This document shows positions 16,825 through 30,440 of a DNA stretch of 64,000 nt, piece by piece. The DNA is from Flaccisagitta enflata (taxonomy: Eukaryota): the NCBI GenBank assembly GCA_965153355.1, contig OZ231126.1, forward strand, positions 36,766,001-36,830,000, given 5' to 3'. The notes below the pieces were generated by a model that was given only the letters and a program-made list of their open reading frames with translations, did not search any database and had not been told where the DNA came from. The position numbers and the translations under genes were made by a program. Every line of letters begins with the position of its first letter. Within the stretch, counting starts at the first letter, position 1.

Positions 16825-17159
16825 CCGTATTTTTTCCATTTATCGCCCCCCCTCCAATTAACGCCCCCCCCTCTTTTTGCTCCTCAGATCAGTTTTTTGT
16901 TAGAAGATAAGGAGGCAAATGATTTTTGTGCCTAGAGGGATATAGCTTTTTTCAGTGCTTTTTTCAGTGCTTACGTGAAAAACAGGTAAAAAATATCCCT
17001 TAATTTTACTTTTTCTTGAATTTCAATAAGCATTCAATGGGAAAACTATTAGATGACTACATATTTTCAAGTTAAAAGGGGGCGCTAATTGGAGAGTAAA
17101 ATGGTAATATCATTTTCTAATTTCAAAAGCGCCCGGGGCGCTAATTAGAAAAAATACGG
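16825..17159. mobile_element. pogo/Tc1-mariner-type MITE (335 bp)
   Basis: TA|CCGTATTTTTTC ... GAAAAAATACGG|TA, with subterminal AATTA(A/G)CGCCCC motifs in inverted orientation. Confidence 0.75.
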
Positions 17160-17264
17160 TAGTAATTAGTATACAATTCAAGTACCATACGTGTGTGTGG
17201 GTACCTGCACGCGCTCGTGCATGTGTGTGTTCCTGTTGTATGTCTGTGTCTCTGACTGTGTGTG

Positions 17265-17410
<146 letters not shown>

Positions 17411-20400
17411 GCACAACACTTCGTATTCATATTTCTAACTTATCAGAGGGAGAAGGGAAGCTGGAGGAATGAGTCGATTTAACGAGCGAAACTGTATGGA
17501 CAAAATTTGGATGACGTTTATGACAAAGGACCATCGGGAGCAACAGAAGCAGCTTTACTCGAGCTCGCGGCACTGGATTCTTTGCAACAGCAGCTACAAC
17601 GAGCCACTGTTACTCAACAACAACACCAACAATCATTCACACCCACTGAACCAGTACAGCCGGAGCTACGCTTGAAATGACGATTGCAAGGAGGGGGCTG
17701 CCGCTACTCCCAACCAACTTGCAATAGACAATAGCTATGACCACATACACCCAAACAACAACGACAACAACAACAGAGCATTATTGGGGAATCAATGGGG
17801 CAGGGGATAGATAGGGGTAGACATTGTGATTCATTTTTTTGATTTATACTTTTTATTACGAATATTTTGTTGTTTTTTTTTTAATGATTTATGGTCAACA
17901 TCTTGTTTTTATCTTGTCTCATGAAAATTGCTTAATAAAAACAGTCAGAGGGGTTTCGTCCCGAATGTGACGAAACAAAACTTATCACTCAAGCGTCCTC
18001 GATCGAGTGTCTGTATGCACACAGTTGTGCACGTCAGTGTGTTGTTGATGTGGGCAGAAACGCCCTCAGTGAATGTCCGATTAGTTTACAGTCATAATTT
18101 ATGAATAGGAACGACAGAGGACGCTTTATTCAAAGTAGGACAAATTTCATTGAAAACGCACTAGTCCGTTCGGAGAACGGTACGAGCATTTTTGCTCTAC
18201 GAGCTAGTTAGCTTTGTTTACTTCCGGTTTCAGCCAGCCAGACAGGAAAAACTGTAATGTTGAATGTTGTTTCCTCTTTTCACGTGTCTGCAAATCCGTT
18301 GGCAAGATAGTAACTTATTATAACGTAACAAGAGATATCTGTCCAACTTGAGGAATTACTTCATATCACACTTACTAATCAACTTATCAAGTCATACCAA
18401 GTATGGAAAAAAAAGAGAAAACAACATCGGCTCAAACATGTCAGACCGGTTTTTATTATTGGCCATGTGAAGTCGTAAAATCAAACTTTATGTGGTCAAC
18501 GTTCGTTGAGAATTAGAACAATGAAAGTATTTTTATTAGATATTCGTCGTCCCATCACTATCTAGCATGCTCAAAACATTTTCCTTACCCAACTCATTAT
18601 TTTAAACAAAGCCAAACCAAATCCGATCAACCCAAAATCATATCCTTGAATTCACCTCCTCCCTTTTTGTTGTCAATGGAAATAGTCCAGGACCTTAAAG
18701 AAACAGATCGGCGTTTTTGGAGGAAGTTGCCAAAATTTGCATACAGGTACAGTTTTTGATGCTGAACAACATGGAAAGAGCCACTCGGCCAAAAAATGGC
18801 ATGGCCTTTTAAAAAAATGCGTTTTTCTGAAAATTTTTTGGAAAAAATGGCGCTGACGCCACACCGTTTGAGCCAATGCCATAAAAATTTCAGGGAAGGA
18901 AACTAAATGTTTTGTTTACTTGCATACCAAATTTTAGCAAAATCCGTCAAGTAGAAGCGGAGATATGGCGTTTCAAAGTCTAGGCCTGTTTTTCAAAAAA
19001 GGGCTATGTTTCATTTTTTTGGCAAAAAATAGAATTTTTTGAGCCAGATGCCCAAAATCTTCCATATTGATGCCAAATGTCCATATGCACTTGGAAAAAA
19101 AAACGGCATTAATGTTTGTGCCCTATTTTTTCCAAAACGGCTAAAAAACCCCAAAAAAATGTTGCAAATTTCATTTTTTTTCAAAAATCTTTGGTATTTT
19201 TCAAAAAATACCAAAAACGCTGATGCCAATGGTGGGAATCATACCTCTGTATGAATATAAACATAACCCCAAGGTTTCAGGACACTGGCGAGTCTGAAAG
19301 AACAGAAAAATATTTTCAAATATTTAAAAAATGCAAAAATTTTTTTGAACTCTTGGATACCCATGGCTTTTTGGCACCGCTGAGCCCAAACGACTTGAGC
19401 TAATAAAACCAAATTTGGCATGTAAGTTCTAAACATCCATGCGCAACTTCATGCCAAATTTTAGCACTCTAGGTCAATTTTTAGTCTGGTTTTTAGAAAA
19501 AATATTTGAAAAAAAGGGCTAAAAAACAAAAAAAACTGTTTTTTTGGCCATATTTGCGTGCTAAGTGATAAGACCATCTATTTTTTTTTGCATAGATGAT
19601 CAATGAGTCTAGGATGCACCATCATGCAAAAATAGAAGTGCCTGTGATCGCAGGTTTTTAAAAAAATCACTTTTGAATTTTTCCAAAATTTTGAATTTTT
19701 GTGATTTTGGTACCTAGCCTCATTTTTTGGTCAAGATTTTGATGTAAAAATACCAAATTTGATACACATGATCCAGGACACCTACACTTGCTTCAACTAA
19801 AATTTCATACACGTGGTCCAAGTATAAGATTGGAAAAATTGACCTCAAGTCCCTAAAAAAATTCAATTTTTATGAATTTTTAGTAAAAAACAGCTATAAC
19901 TTGAAAATAAACGATACTATTCTCACCAAATTTGGTCAGTGGAAGTCGATTCCAACATTTGACGAGGAAATAAAAAAAATTGGCAGATTTTTCAAAAATT
20001 TTGAAAAATTTGGTCCAAAATAGCCTTTTTTGGCCAAAATTGCCTTAAAAATGGGATTTTTTCACCGATAACCAGGCCAAAAGCCCTCTCTATCACCTCA
20101 TTTTTCTCACTCAGGCTCTACACACACACATGAACTAGCATAAAAAGTTTTTTGGGTTCCTATCATGTGAAAAACTGGCCTAGAACACCATTTTTCAAGG
20201 AAAAATCACTAAAAAATCACATTATAGGGTTTTTTCTTCAAAATTGTCAAAAATTCCTGCCTGTTACCTGAATGGTAAAGAAAGCAAAGTGTCTCTTGAT
20301 CTACTAAAACAATTGATTCACTTCTAATGTTAAATAAAACAAAAAAAAAACCAACAATGTTCAAAAATGGCCAAAAAATGGTCATTTTCTGCTAACATTA

Positions 20401-20874
20401 ATTCTTAGAATCACTGTCTATAACAACCATCCCTCAGCATGAGTCAAAAAGTTAAAAAAGAGTGTTTTGGACACTTGTGTAAGGTTGGGGAGTGTAGGGT
20501 GTAGTTGGGGGCTGGATGCCCCTGCCCACCTGTCCCCAATGATATTGTGACCCGTGTTCCATCTCAAAAAGTACAAACTGAAAACCTTAAAAGAATAGAG
20601 TTTGCTCATTTTTGGTGCAAAGGTACCACTTGAGAGTTATTCAAGAATCCTGAATATTTTTGCTCTCGGGTTTTACAGGGTTTGAAATTTTGGGGCCCCC
20701 AGGTACCCCCAAAACTTTAAAGAACCATATCCCAGCTATTTCTTGTAATGTATGAACAATCTTGGCGTCAATCTTTTAATTCTAACCCAAAAAATTTGAA
20801 TCAAGAACAAACAATTTGGGGTTTTTACCCTTAGGGGTAGTACTTCGGGGTACCTAGTATGTAAAATTTTTGTA

Positions 20875-21250
20875 AACAAGGCCAACACCTATAAGTCGCG
20901 TGCGAGACTATCGGACTTAGAATGACTTAGAATGACTTAGAATGACTTTCAAAGACTTAGAATGACTTAAAATGACCAAAAAGGACTTAAAATGACTAGA
21001 AAACCTAATAACCAAAAATGACTTAAAATGACTTAAAGTAACTTAGAATGACTCAAAATGACTTAAAATGACTCAAAATAACTCAGAATAACTATTAATG
21101 ACTTTAAATGACTTAAAATGACTAAAGAGTTGATGTTATATTAAAAAAAAAAGTAAAGTGTGATGGACGAACGGACGGACGGACCGACGGACCGACGGAC
21201 GGACGGACCGACAAAGAGGGTTATAGAGTCGCGTGCACGCGACTAAAAAA
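20875..21250 (-). mobile_element. Helentron/DINE-1-like element with a central 10-bp minisatellite (GACTTAGAAT/GACTTAAAAT, ~20915-21125)
   Basis: On the minus strand it starts TTTTTTAGTCGCGTGCACGCGACTCTATAA, has (GTCC/GTCG)n and ends GGCCTTGTTT. Confidence 0.6.
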
Positions 21251-22673
21251 AGATGGTAAATATTCTTCTGTATGTTAGGGTTCAAATTCAAGAATAAAAA
21301 AAATGGGTTCTCAACTCCTTAGCACATAAATTTGGTGCCAATTGTTGATTATTTAGATGATTTTTTGCATTTTTTGTCAAAATCACAGGGCGGTCACACA
21401 AAGTTACGCTCCCTAGCAACCACCAAATGAGCGATATTCTTACAGGACATATTATGGGAAAGTCGTAGCAAATTTGATTTAAAGCAATCTTCCTTTAAAA
21501 ATTTTGCAAAATATTGATATCTTAGCGTGAATTCATGAAAATGTGTTTCCATAGCAACCAATACCCAGGGGCAATAAAGCATCCTTTTATTAATTTAAAA
21601 TGCAAATACCAGTCTTTTAAGTTTAGTTGTCTTCTTTTTATGAATTCCCCCATATTTCCAAGTCTAGACAACATCGACTGTACATTTTGAAATGGAACCA
21701 CCAGTAACTTGTTTGCTATGTTAAGCAAATCAATTGTTGAGCATTATGTGTAAATTTTCAGAAAGGAGTCATTTTAAAGATATAAGACATTTTTTTATTT
21801 TAATGCCATGACAAGTTCAATTTGCTTCCCCAATATTCGATGTAGCTAACACTCAGATTTATACTACCTAGAATAACTTGGTTATAAATAAATTAGACTA
21901 AGTACCACATACCACTTGAATAAATTGTAATTTCAATTTTCAATGAAAGTAAAACTCAATCAGTCAATTTCAATAAATAGATTGGCATAATAGATTAGTC
22001 CCCCCCTTCATCAGACCTCTCAGGCCTCAAATCCAGCCTCTCAGGCCTCAAATCCAGCCTCTCAGGCCTTATATCCAGCCTCTCAGGCCTCAAATCCAGC
22101 CTCTCAGGCCTCAAATCCAGCCTCTCAGGCCTCAAATTTAGCCTCTCGGGCCTCAAATCCAAACTCTCAGGCCTCAAATCTAGCCTCTCAGGCCTCAAAT
22201 CTAGCCTCTCAGGCTTCAAATCCAGCCTCTCAGGCCTCAAATCCAGCCTCTCAGGCCTCAAATCCAAATTCTCAGGCCTCAAATCTGGCCTCTCATGCCT
22301 CAAATTAGGCCTCTCAGGCCTCAAACCAGCCAGCTAAACCTCCATCTATAGCTCTCAGGCTTCAAATCAGTCCTCTGGCCTTTCAAGCCTTAATCAGCTC
22401 TCTCAAGCCTCAAGTCAGCCCTTTCAAGCTTCCAATCGGCATTCTCAGACCTTATATCAGCCTTCTTAGAACTCAGTTTAGGCTCTTGAATGCCTTCAGT
22501 CTATAGCATCTCATCAACTTATTCAGGTAGGACGAACGAAAGTCCCCCTGTGTTCTACAGCACTTCGTCCCCTTCGGGGCCGCTGCCCTGCTTCCTCTCA
22601 GGGCAAATGGGTATCGCTGATCACATATTGCCCTTGGGCGACCTGTTTAGCTATTTCTAAACATTATTGGGTC

Positions 22674-24014
22674 TTTTTGGGCAGTGTCCCCGAAGGGGAC
22701 GGGATCCTGTACAGGGTGTCCCAAGTCAGTTGTAACATAAAGAATCAACATATCTCTGCTTGTAGGTCTTCAAATCAATTTCTGAAAAAAAGATCTAAAA
22801 AAATCTTGGTCTGCACTTTTTGCATGCAAAATTTTATGACAATCAGACTTTTGGTTTAGGGACCGCGTTTCTTTGAAATACACAAGTGATTTGTGTCTTC
22901 TTTTGTTTTTTTACTTTTTGCTGTACTTGGAAGTGGCTGTCTTTAACTACTTGGCATTTTCAACCAATTGAGCTAAAACCCTGCGATTGGTCTCAAATGG
23001 CAGATAATTTATCATAGATTTTAGATCAACAAAAAAAATTGCCAATTTTCAAAAATTATGTAAGATTTTCATTGATTTTTTTCAGATTTCCACTTTTGAT
23101 TTTAACAATTTTTGATAAAAATCATCAATAAAGGTATTAATTGTCAAAATTTTCCAAGATTTCAAAGCAGATGTACAATCTATGTACAATTATCTTTCAT
23201 TTGAGACCAATCCCAGGTTTTTAGAGCAATTTGTCAAAAAATAGCAGACAGTTAAAGTCAGCTACTTCAAAATACAGCTATGAAAAAGATAATTTTCCAC
23301 TCAACAATACCACTCATTTTATATTTTTCTAACCCGCAATTATCCAATATTCAAAGTTGAAATTTGGTGTGACAAAAAGTGCAGACCTAAATCATCATAG
23401 ATCTTTTTTCAGAAATTGATTTGAAGATTTGGAAGCAGAGATATGTCGATTCTTTATGTTACAACTGACTTGGGACACCCTGTAGAACACAGGGGACTTT
23501 CGTTCGTTCGTTCGGTCGTTTATCCATTCGTTTGTCCCCCCCCAGGCCTTTTCAGGCCTGAAATTTGCCCTCTCAGGCCTAAAATCTGCCCTCTCAGGCC
23601 CGAAATCTGCCCTCTCAGGCCTTGAATCTGGGAGGGCAGATTTCAGGCCTGGGAGGGCAGATATTAGGCCTGAGAGGACAGGTTTCAGGTTTGAAAAGGC
23701 AAATTTCAGGCCTAAGAGGGCCTAATATCTGCCCTCCCAGGCCTGAAATCTGCCCTCCCAGATTCAAGGCCTGAGAGGGCAGATTTCCGGCCTGAGAGGG
23801 CAGATTTTAGGCCTGAGAGGGCAGATTTCAGGCCTGAAAGGGCCTGGGGGGGGCGGATGGATGGATAAACGAATGAATGAACGAAAGTCCCCTGTGTTCT
23901 ACAGGACCTCGTCCCCTTTGGGGCCGCTGCCCTGCCACTCATTCTAATTTACAACCATACGAAGCAGGGCAACGGGTATCGCTGACCACGTATTGCCCCT
24001 GGGCGACCTGTTTT
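22674..24014 (+). mobile_element. Family C element interrupted by the Tc1/mariner MITE; a 5'-truncated copy lies directly upstream (~21998-22648)
   Basis: Removing 22712-23484 restores GGGGACG..CCTGTAGAACACAGGGGACTTTCG, the reverse complement of the 3' arm at ~23880-23930. Confidence 0.75.
22712..23482. mobile_element. Tc1/mariner-type MITE (771 bp)
   Basis: TA|CAGGGTGTCCCAAGTCAGTTGTAACATAAAGAATC ... GATTCTTTATGTTACAACTGACTTGGGACACCCTG|TA: perfect terminal inverted repeat, TA duplication, and imperfect inverted symmetry extending inward. Confidence 0.9.
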
Positions 24015-26253
24015 AGTCGTGGACTTGCGACTCTACACCTTGCAGTGTCGGTCAGTAGGTATGTCTGTCACATTTTTGAATTCTGAGCGGTTTTTGCCTT
24101 ACAGCTCCTGCTCAACCGTCAGTGACTGGATTGCCGTGTATCCGGCCTTGTTTTGTTTGAACAAATTGTTTTAGTAGATCAAGAGACACTTTGCTTTCTT
24201 TGCCATTCAGGTAACAGGCAGGAATTTTTGACAATTTTGAAGAAAAAACCCTAAAAATGTGATTTTTTAGTGATTTTTCCTTGAAAAATGGTGTTCTAGG
24301 CCAGTTTTTCACATGATAGGAACCAAAAAAACTTTTTATGCTAGTTCATGTGTGTGTGTAGAGCCTGAGTGAGAAAAATGAGGTGATAGAGAGGGCTTTT
24401 GGCCTGGTTATAGGTGAAAAAATCCCATTTTTAAGGCAATTTTGGCCAAAAAAGGCTATTTTGGACCAAATTTTTCAAAATTTTTGAAAAATCTGCCAAT
24501 TTTTTTTTATTTCCTCGTCATATGTTGGAATTGACTTCCACTGACCAAATTTGGTGAGAATAGTATTGTTTATTGTCAAGTTATAGCTGTTTTTTACTAA
24601 AAATTCAAAAAAATTGAATTTTTTTAAGGACTTGAGGTCAATTTTTCCAATCTTATACTTGGACCACGTGTATGAAATTTTAGTTGAAGCAAGTGTAGGT
24701 GTCCTGGATCATGTGTATCAAATTTGGTATTTTTCCATCAAAATCTTGACCAAAAAATGAGGCTAGGTACCAAAATCACAAAAATTCAAAATTTTGGAAA
24801 AATTCAAAAGTGATTTTTTTCAAAACCTGCGATCACAGGCACTTCTATTTTTGCATGATGGTGCATCCTAGACTCATTGATCATCTATGCAAAAAAAAAT
24901 TGATGGTTTTATCACTTAGCACGCAAATATGGCCAAAAAACCAGTTTTTTGTGTTTTTTAGCCCTTTTTTTCAAATATTTTTTCTAAAAACCAGACTAAA
25001 AATTGATCTAGAGTGCTAAAATTTGGCATGAAGTTGCGCATGGATGTTTAGAACTTACATGCCAAATTTGGTTTTATTAGCTCAAGTTGTTTGGGCTCAG
25101 CGGTGCCAAAAAGCCATGGGTATCCAAGAGTTCAAAAATTTTTTTGCATTTTTTAAATATTTGAAAATATTTTTCTGCTCTTTCAGACTCGCCAGTGTCC
25201 TGAAACCTTGGCGTTATGTTTATATTCATACAGAGGTATGATTCCCACCATTGGCATCAGCGTTTTTGGTATTTTTTGAAAAATACCAAAGATTTTTGAA
25301 AGAAAATGAAATTTACAACATTTTTTGGGTTTTTTTTAGCCGTTTTGGAAAAAATAGGGCACAAACATTAATGCCATTTTTTTTTCCTAGTGCATATGGA
25401 CATTTGGCATCGATATGGAAGATTTTAGGCATCTGGCTCAAAAAATTTTATTTTTTGCCAAAAAAATGAAACATAGCCCTTTTTTGAAAAACAGGCCTAG
25501 ACTTTGAAACGCCATATCTCCGCTTCTACTTGACGGATTTTGCTAAAATTTGGTATGCAAGTAAACAAAACATGTAGTTTCCTTCCCTGAAATTTTTATG
25601 GCATTGGCTCAAACGGTGTGGCGTCAGCGCCATTTTTCCCAAATTTTTTTCAGAAAAACGCATTTTTTTAAAAGGCCATGCCATTTTTTGGCCAAGTGGC
25701 TCTTTCCATGTTGTTCAGCATCAAAAACTGTACCTGTATGCAAATTTTGGTAACTTCCTCCAAAAACGCCGATATGCTTTTGATTCCTCCCGTAGGGAAC
25801 TGGACTAAAAGGGAATATGGTCCTTTTCCTTCTTCCTAGTAGTAATGCCATCACTCATTCTTTACAAATCAACAAATGGAATTGGGTGCCTCGATGCTTC
25901 CTCGTTATGAATGACAGGGTTCGAACTGACAATCACCCATTTGACAGCACATCCTGAGCATTATAGAATCTGAAGGTGTGACGAATAAGCCTTCCAAGGT
26001 TTACTATTCTTTCTCATTTACTGTGAAACAATCCATCAATCATATATTTAAGCGCACCCTTTATAAATACGGTATCTATCGAAGGCTGCCTTTTCCCTCA
26101 CTGCCACTATCAGTCCCATCACCTTCACCAATGCCCGCCCACCACTACTTCATATCACCTTACGAGGAGGCATCAGAATTCATCAACTAAAAACTTCCTT
26201 TCCTTTTCCCATTTCATAAACATTTCATTTCCTCATCGTTCCTTTCCGTCGAT

Positions 26254-26351
<98 letters not shown>

Positions 26352-26443
26352 TTTCTTTCAAATTTCTTTCTCTCTCTCGTCCTTTCTTTCAAATTTCATA
26401 ATTATGCTTTTTCATACCTCGCTTTCTTTTTTTGCGCCATGTG

Positions 26444-26475
<32 letters not shown>

Positions 26476-26989
26476 GTCTTTTTTTCCTCTGTTATCCTTT
26501 TTCACGCTTAAAGACTTATTGTAGTTGGCGAAAATCCCTTCGAAAACCGCCGCCTAGAATCCTCACCAAAACTCGCCACCAGGTTCGCGAAAATATATCT
26601 ACATTTTCTTTCTCTCATTAAATACAGCCCATTGTTGCCAATCTTTTTTTTTCTCTCACCTTTTTTTTCAAACCCACTTTCTCATCTTTTTTTTTTTTCT
26701 AACATCGTTTCTCACTTTCCACCCTAAGGTTGGGTTATTTGATATGGTTCAATTCTTCTTTTTTTTTTCTTTTTTGAAGGTTTTTTTTTTCCTAAAAAAA
26801 AGGAAGATTATTCCTTAAAGCAAAGATGAAAAAATTGAAGCGCCTTTTTTTTCAATAGAATCCAATAAAGTTGACGCCGGCCTGAGTCAACAATTGTTGC
26901 CGAGCGCGAATTGAAACTTATTCCGCGAGGGCAAGTTGGTTAAACAAACAACCGTACATAGATAGATTCATGTCCTCAATCTCTTTGAG

Positions 26990-27300
<311 letters not shown>

Positions 27301-27602
27301 ATGACAAGCAAGAATTTACCTTCTGCAAGACCACATTCATGATGTGCAAGCATGAACGTGGACTTGAATATCAGGAAAATCTTTTTCTAAGGATTGATTT
27401 GTCAAGAACCTCGTTTATGGCTCATTAACATGCGTTTGAAAATCACTTCATGTGAAAGGGAAGAATAACTACAGTGGCGTCTTGGAGGACTGTGGGAAGA
27501 GGGAATGATACTGAATTTGACGATGAATATACCACGTAAACATTTTGCGATTTCTGTTGAATGATCTTATATGATTTCATGTTTTTTCCACGTTATTACC
27601 AG

Positions 27603-27750
27603 GATTACCACCCCAACGAAGGGAAGGTGTTCGCGCGCCAGGAACAAACTGTCTTGACCAATCTGATCGGCGGACAGCAATATTACGTGGAAGTCGCCAC
27701 CTGCGATAAAGACAAACGATCACCACCCTCCAAAATCATTCATAGAACAG
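27603..27750 (+). CDS. Exon: FN3-1 C-half (DYHPNEGKVFARQEQTVLTNLIGGQQYYVEVATCDKDKRSPPSKIIHRT)
   Basis: CCAG acceptor, CAG|GTTAGA donor, phase 0-1; L-T-N-L-x-x-G-x-x-Y-x-V-x-V motif. Confidence 0.88.
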
Positions 27751-27774
27751 GTTAGAGACACTCACGGGCGCGGC

Positions 27775-28341
27775 GAATTGGTGGTGATGAGGAGGTGATT
27801 GCGGGGTAACAGATATCTATCTGCAGTGGTGGTGGAATCTGGTGCGCTGTGTAGGTGAATTGGTGTTGATGACGAGGTGATTGTTGGGTAACAGATGTCT
27901 ATCTTTAGTGGTGGTGGGATCTGGTGCAATGTGTAGGTGAATTGGTGGTGATGAGGAGGTGATTGTGGGGTAACAGGTGTCTATCTTTAGTGGTGGTGGG
28001 ATCTGATGCAATGCGTAGGTGAATTGGTGGTGATGAGGAGGTGATTGTGGAGTAACAGGTTTCTATTTTTAGTGGTGGTGGGATCTGGTGCAATGTGTTT
28101 TGTGAATTGGTGGTGATGAGGAGGTGATTGTTGGGCAACAAGCATCTATTTTCAGTGGTGGTGGAATCTGATGCGCTGTGTAGGTGTATTGGTGGTGATG
28201 AAGAGGTGATTGCGGGATGATAGGCACTTATTTTTTTTTGTAGTGGGATCTGGTCCACTGTGAAGGTGTATTGGTGGTGATGAGGAGGTGATTGTGGGGT
28301 AACAGGTGTACTTAATCTTTGTGGTGGTGAAATCAGGTGCA
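27775..28341. repeat. ~82-bp minisatellite, 7 copies
   Basis: GAATTGGTGGTGATGAGGAGGTGATTG (or variant) recurs at 27775, 27857, 27939, 28021, 28104 and twice more. Confidence 0.9.
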
Positions 28342-29351
28342 TGATGTTTTTCGCTTTGTCTTCGCCAACTACCGCTCTTTCTTTCTGTAAATTCAGTTTG
28401 TCGTTAACGATATATTGCAGGGTGAGACATACAAAAGGGTAGCCTACCTCAGCATTATAAACAGAACGAGAGTAGTGGCGAAAGCAAGCATTCTGGGTAT
28501 GTCTGCAATGTTAGACTGCAGAAACAATCAGTAACTACGGTTTTCAGCATGAATATAAAATATTTGTTCTCTTGTTTGTTTGTTTGTTTGTTTGTTTTTT
28601 GCAAGATGAGTGATAATGAATCGCACAATCAGTGGAAGAATACGAATACAGTTAAACACCGCAACAAGGGATGTCAAGAGACTAAAAATTTATAAACATT
28701 TCATACAGATTGTTGGTATTGCCAGTTTAAGAGATAAAAAGAAATTGCATAAAAGGACAGGCATTTTGTATTTGTTACTAATGGATTTTCGTCATTCTTG
28801 GATCTGGTAAAGCGGGGTGAAACTGTATGTGTAAACAACAAGCGGGACAATATCACTCACTCATATTTAATACTCAATGTTTGCTTTGACCATCGCGATG
28901 ATAAAAATTTTTTAACAAATTTTGTTAATTACTTCTTGTTTGTTTGAAATTCCATTGCATGAAAACCAAATAAAAAACGTGTTCATATTTTAGCACCAAT
29001 TGCTTCTCTGCATGACCACATACACATTTGTGCAAAAAGCAATCTTGATTTCACTTTTTTGGAGAACAAGGCCAACAGTCGCGTCGTCCGTTTTGCAATC
29101 ACACATATATTTACATAATAACATGATTGTATAATTTCGTGATCACAAAATCACATAGGTAATCACAAATACAATTCAAAACGCCCTCTAAAGTGCATTA
29201 ACAGGCTGAAATTCAATAATGTTACAACCAACGGCCCGACGGCACGACAGACAGACCAATGCATACAGTTGCGTGCGCGCGACTAAAAAATCGCTCCACC
29301 TGCAAAAAGCCATTAACTTCTCTATTCTTTTTCCAAACTATGTTCATTCAG

Positions 29352-29448
29352 TGCCTCATCCTCCTGAGAACGTGCGCATCGATCGCGTGAGTTCTTCATC
29401 CATTGATGTTACTTGGACCACTCCTCCCGGCAGTTACACCGGTTACAG
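29352..29448 (+). CDS. Exon: FN3-2 part 1 (VPHPPENVRIDRVSSSSIDVTWTTPPGSYTGY)
   Basis: TTCAG acceptor, CAG|GTACAG donor, phase 1-2; classic FN3 start. Confidence 0.88.
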
Positions 29449-30084
29449 GTACAGACCGTACAGTTGCAATCTATGTGACTCAAAAGACTATGAAATGTAT
29501 GATGTAATGATGTATCATGTATGACCTTTATCATATGATTCTTCCATTTTCCAACTAGGACTGTCTCTCTCTGTTAAATGCCTCGACACAAGTCTTTTTC
29601 AAGTCTTTACTTTGAAGGATATCATAAAGGAATTTGTTGTGGCTCCGTTTTTGCATCGTTGGGAAATGGCATTGTACTTCATTGTAGGAAAAGTTTTTTT
29701 TTCTAAACTTTTTTCAATCTTACCATAGAGTTCTTATGAACATATTTAAAATCATCGTTACACTCTGTTGATTTGGCCTCGAAAGTTTTCTTTTTTTTTC
29801 TCCAATTTTAGCCAAATTTGAGGACCACTTGAAAATGTCCATTTTGTTTTAAAAAGTGTTTTGAAAAGTGTTCTTTGACTCCTGATAAGTTTTGTTTCGT
29901 GCGTTTTTCGTCTCTCACGGTCTATTTGAATGAATGAATATGTTTGGCTAGTGCCATGATACCACTATCGTTGAAATAAACTGGAGTAAACCGCTTTTTT
30001 TTCCAAAAGGAATTAACACGTGCTTGAAATTTGTTATGTCTTTGCCTTCTCTGACATGTTTTGTATGCTTATTTTCGTTTTCAG

Positions 30085-30170
30085 TATTGTTTGGTATCCG
30101 TGCGATCAAAAAGAAGATATTCATCATTTGCAGTTGTCGGACAAAACCGCCGATATTCTTCCTCTTACAA
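30085..30170 (+). CDS. Exon: FN3-2 part 2 (SIVWYPCDQKEDIHHLQLSDKTADILPLT)
   Basis: TTTTCAG acceptor, A|GTGAGT donor, phase 2-1 bridging both neighbours. Confidence 0.85.
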
Positions 30171-30440
30171 GTGAGTCTCTAATTTTAGCATTGAATCATA
30201 CGGATTAGTTCACCTTTCCTTTGTCACATTTTTGTTTTCTTCTTCTCCTTCTTCTTCTTTTTTTTTCCTCTTCTTCCTCCTCTTCTTCTTTTTCTTCTGT
30301 TTTCTTCCTTTTCTTCTTCTTTTTTTTCTTCTTCTTCTTCTTCTTCTTCTTCTTCTTCTTCTTCTTCTTCTTCTTCTTCTTTCTCTTCTTCTTCTTCTTC
30401 TTCTTCTTCTTCTTCTTCTTCTTCTTCTTCTTCTTCTTCT

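Larger units (their letters stand above)
18707..25773. mobile_element. Foldback-like non-autonomous DNA element with ~1.6 kb inverted arms (18707-~20320 and ~24158-25773) and a ~3.8 kb non-coding spacer
   Basis: ATCGGCGTTTTTGGAGGAAG at the left end is the reverse complement of CTTCCTCCAAAAACGCCGAT at the right end; the arms match along their length (mirror ORFs 19011-19229/25251-25469 and 19239-19436/25044-25241). Confidence 0.9.

Noticed and set aside
18215-18230. ETS-like ACTTCCGG motif as a nested promoter
   Set aside because: Single short motif with no supporting gene structure
21995-22324. LRPERLD heptad ORF (and SGLKSAL ORFs at 23712 and 39607) resembling a coiled-coil or LRR protein
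   Set aside because: Translation of the 21-bp minisatellite of family C elements
19011-25469. Mirror-image ORF pairs suggesting duplicated genes
   Set aside because: They are the inverted arms of the foldback element; AT-rich, no coding signature
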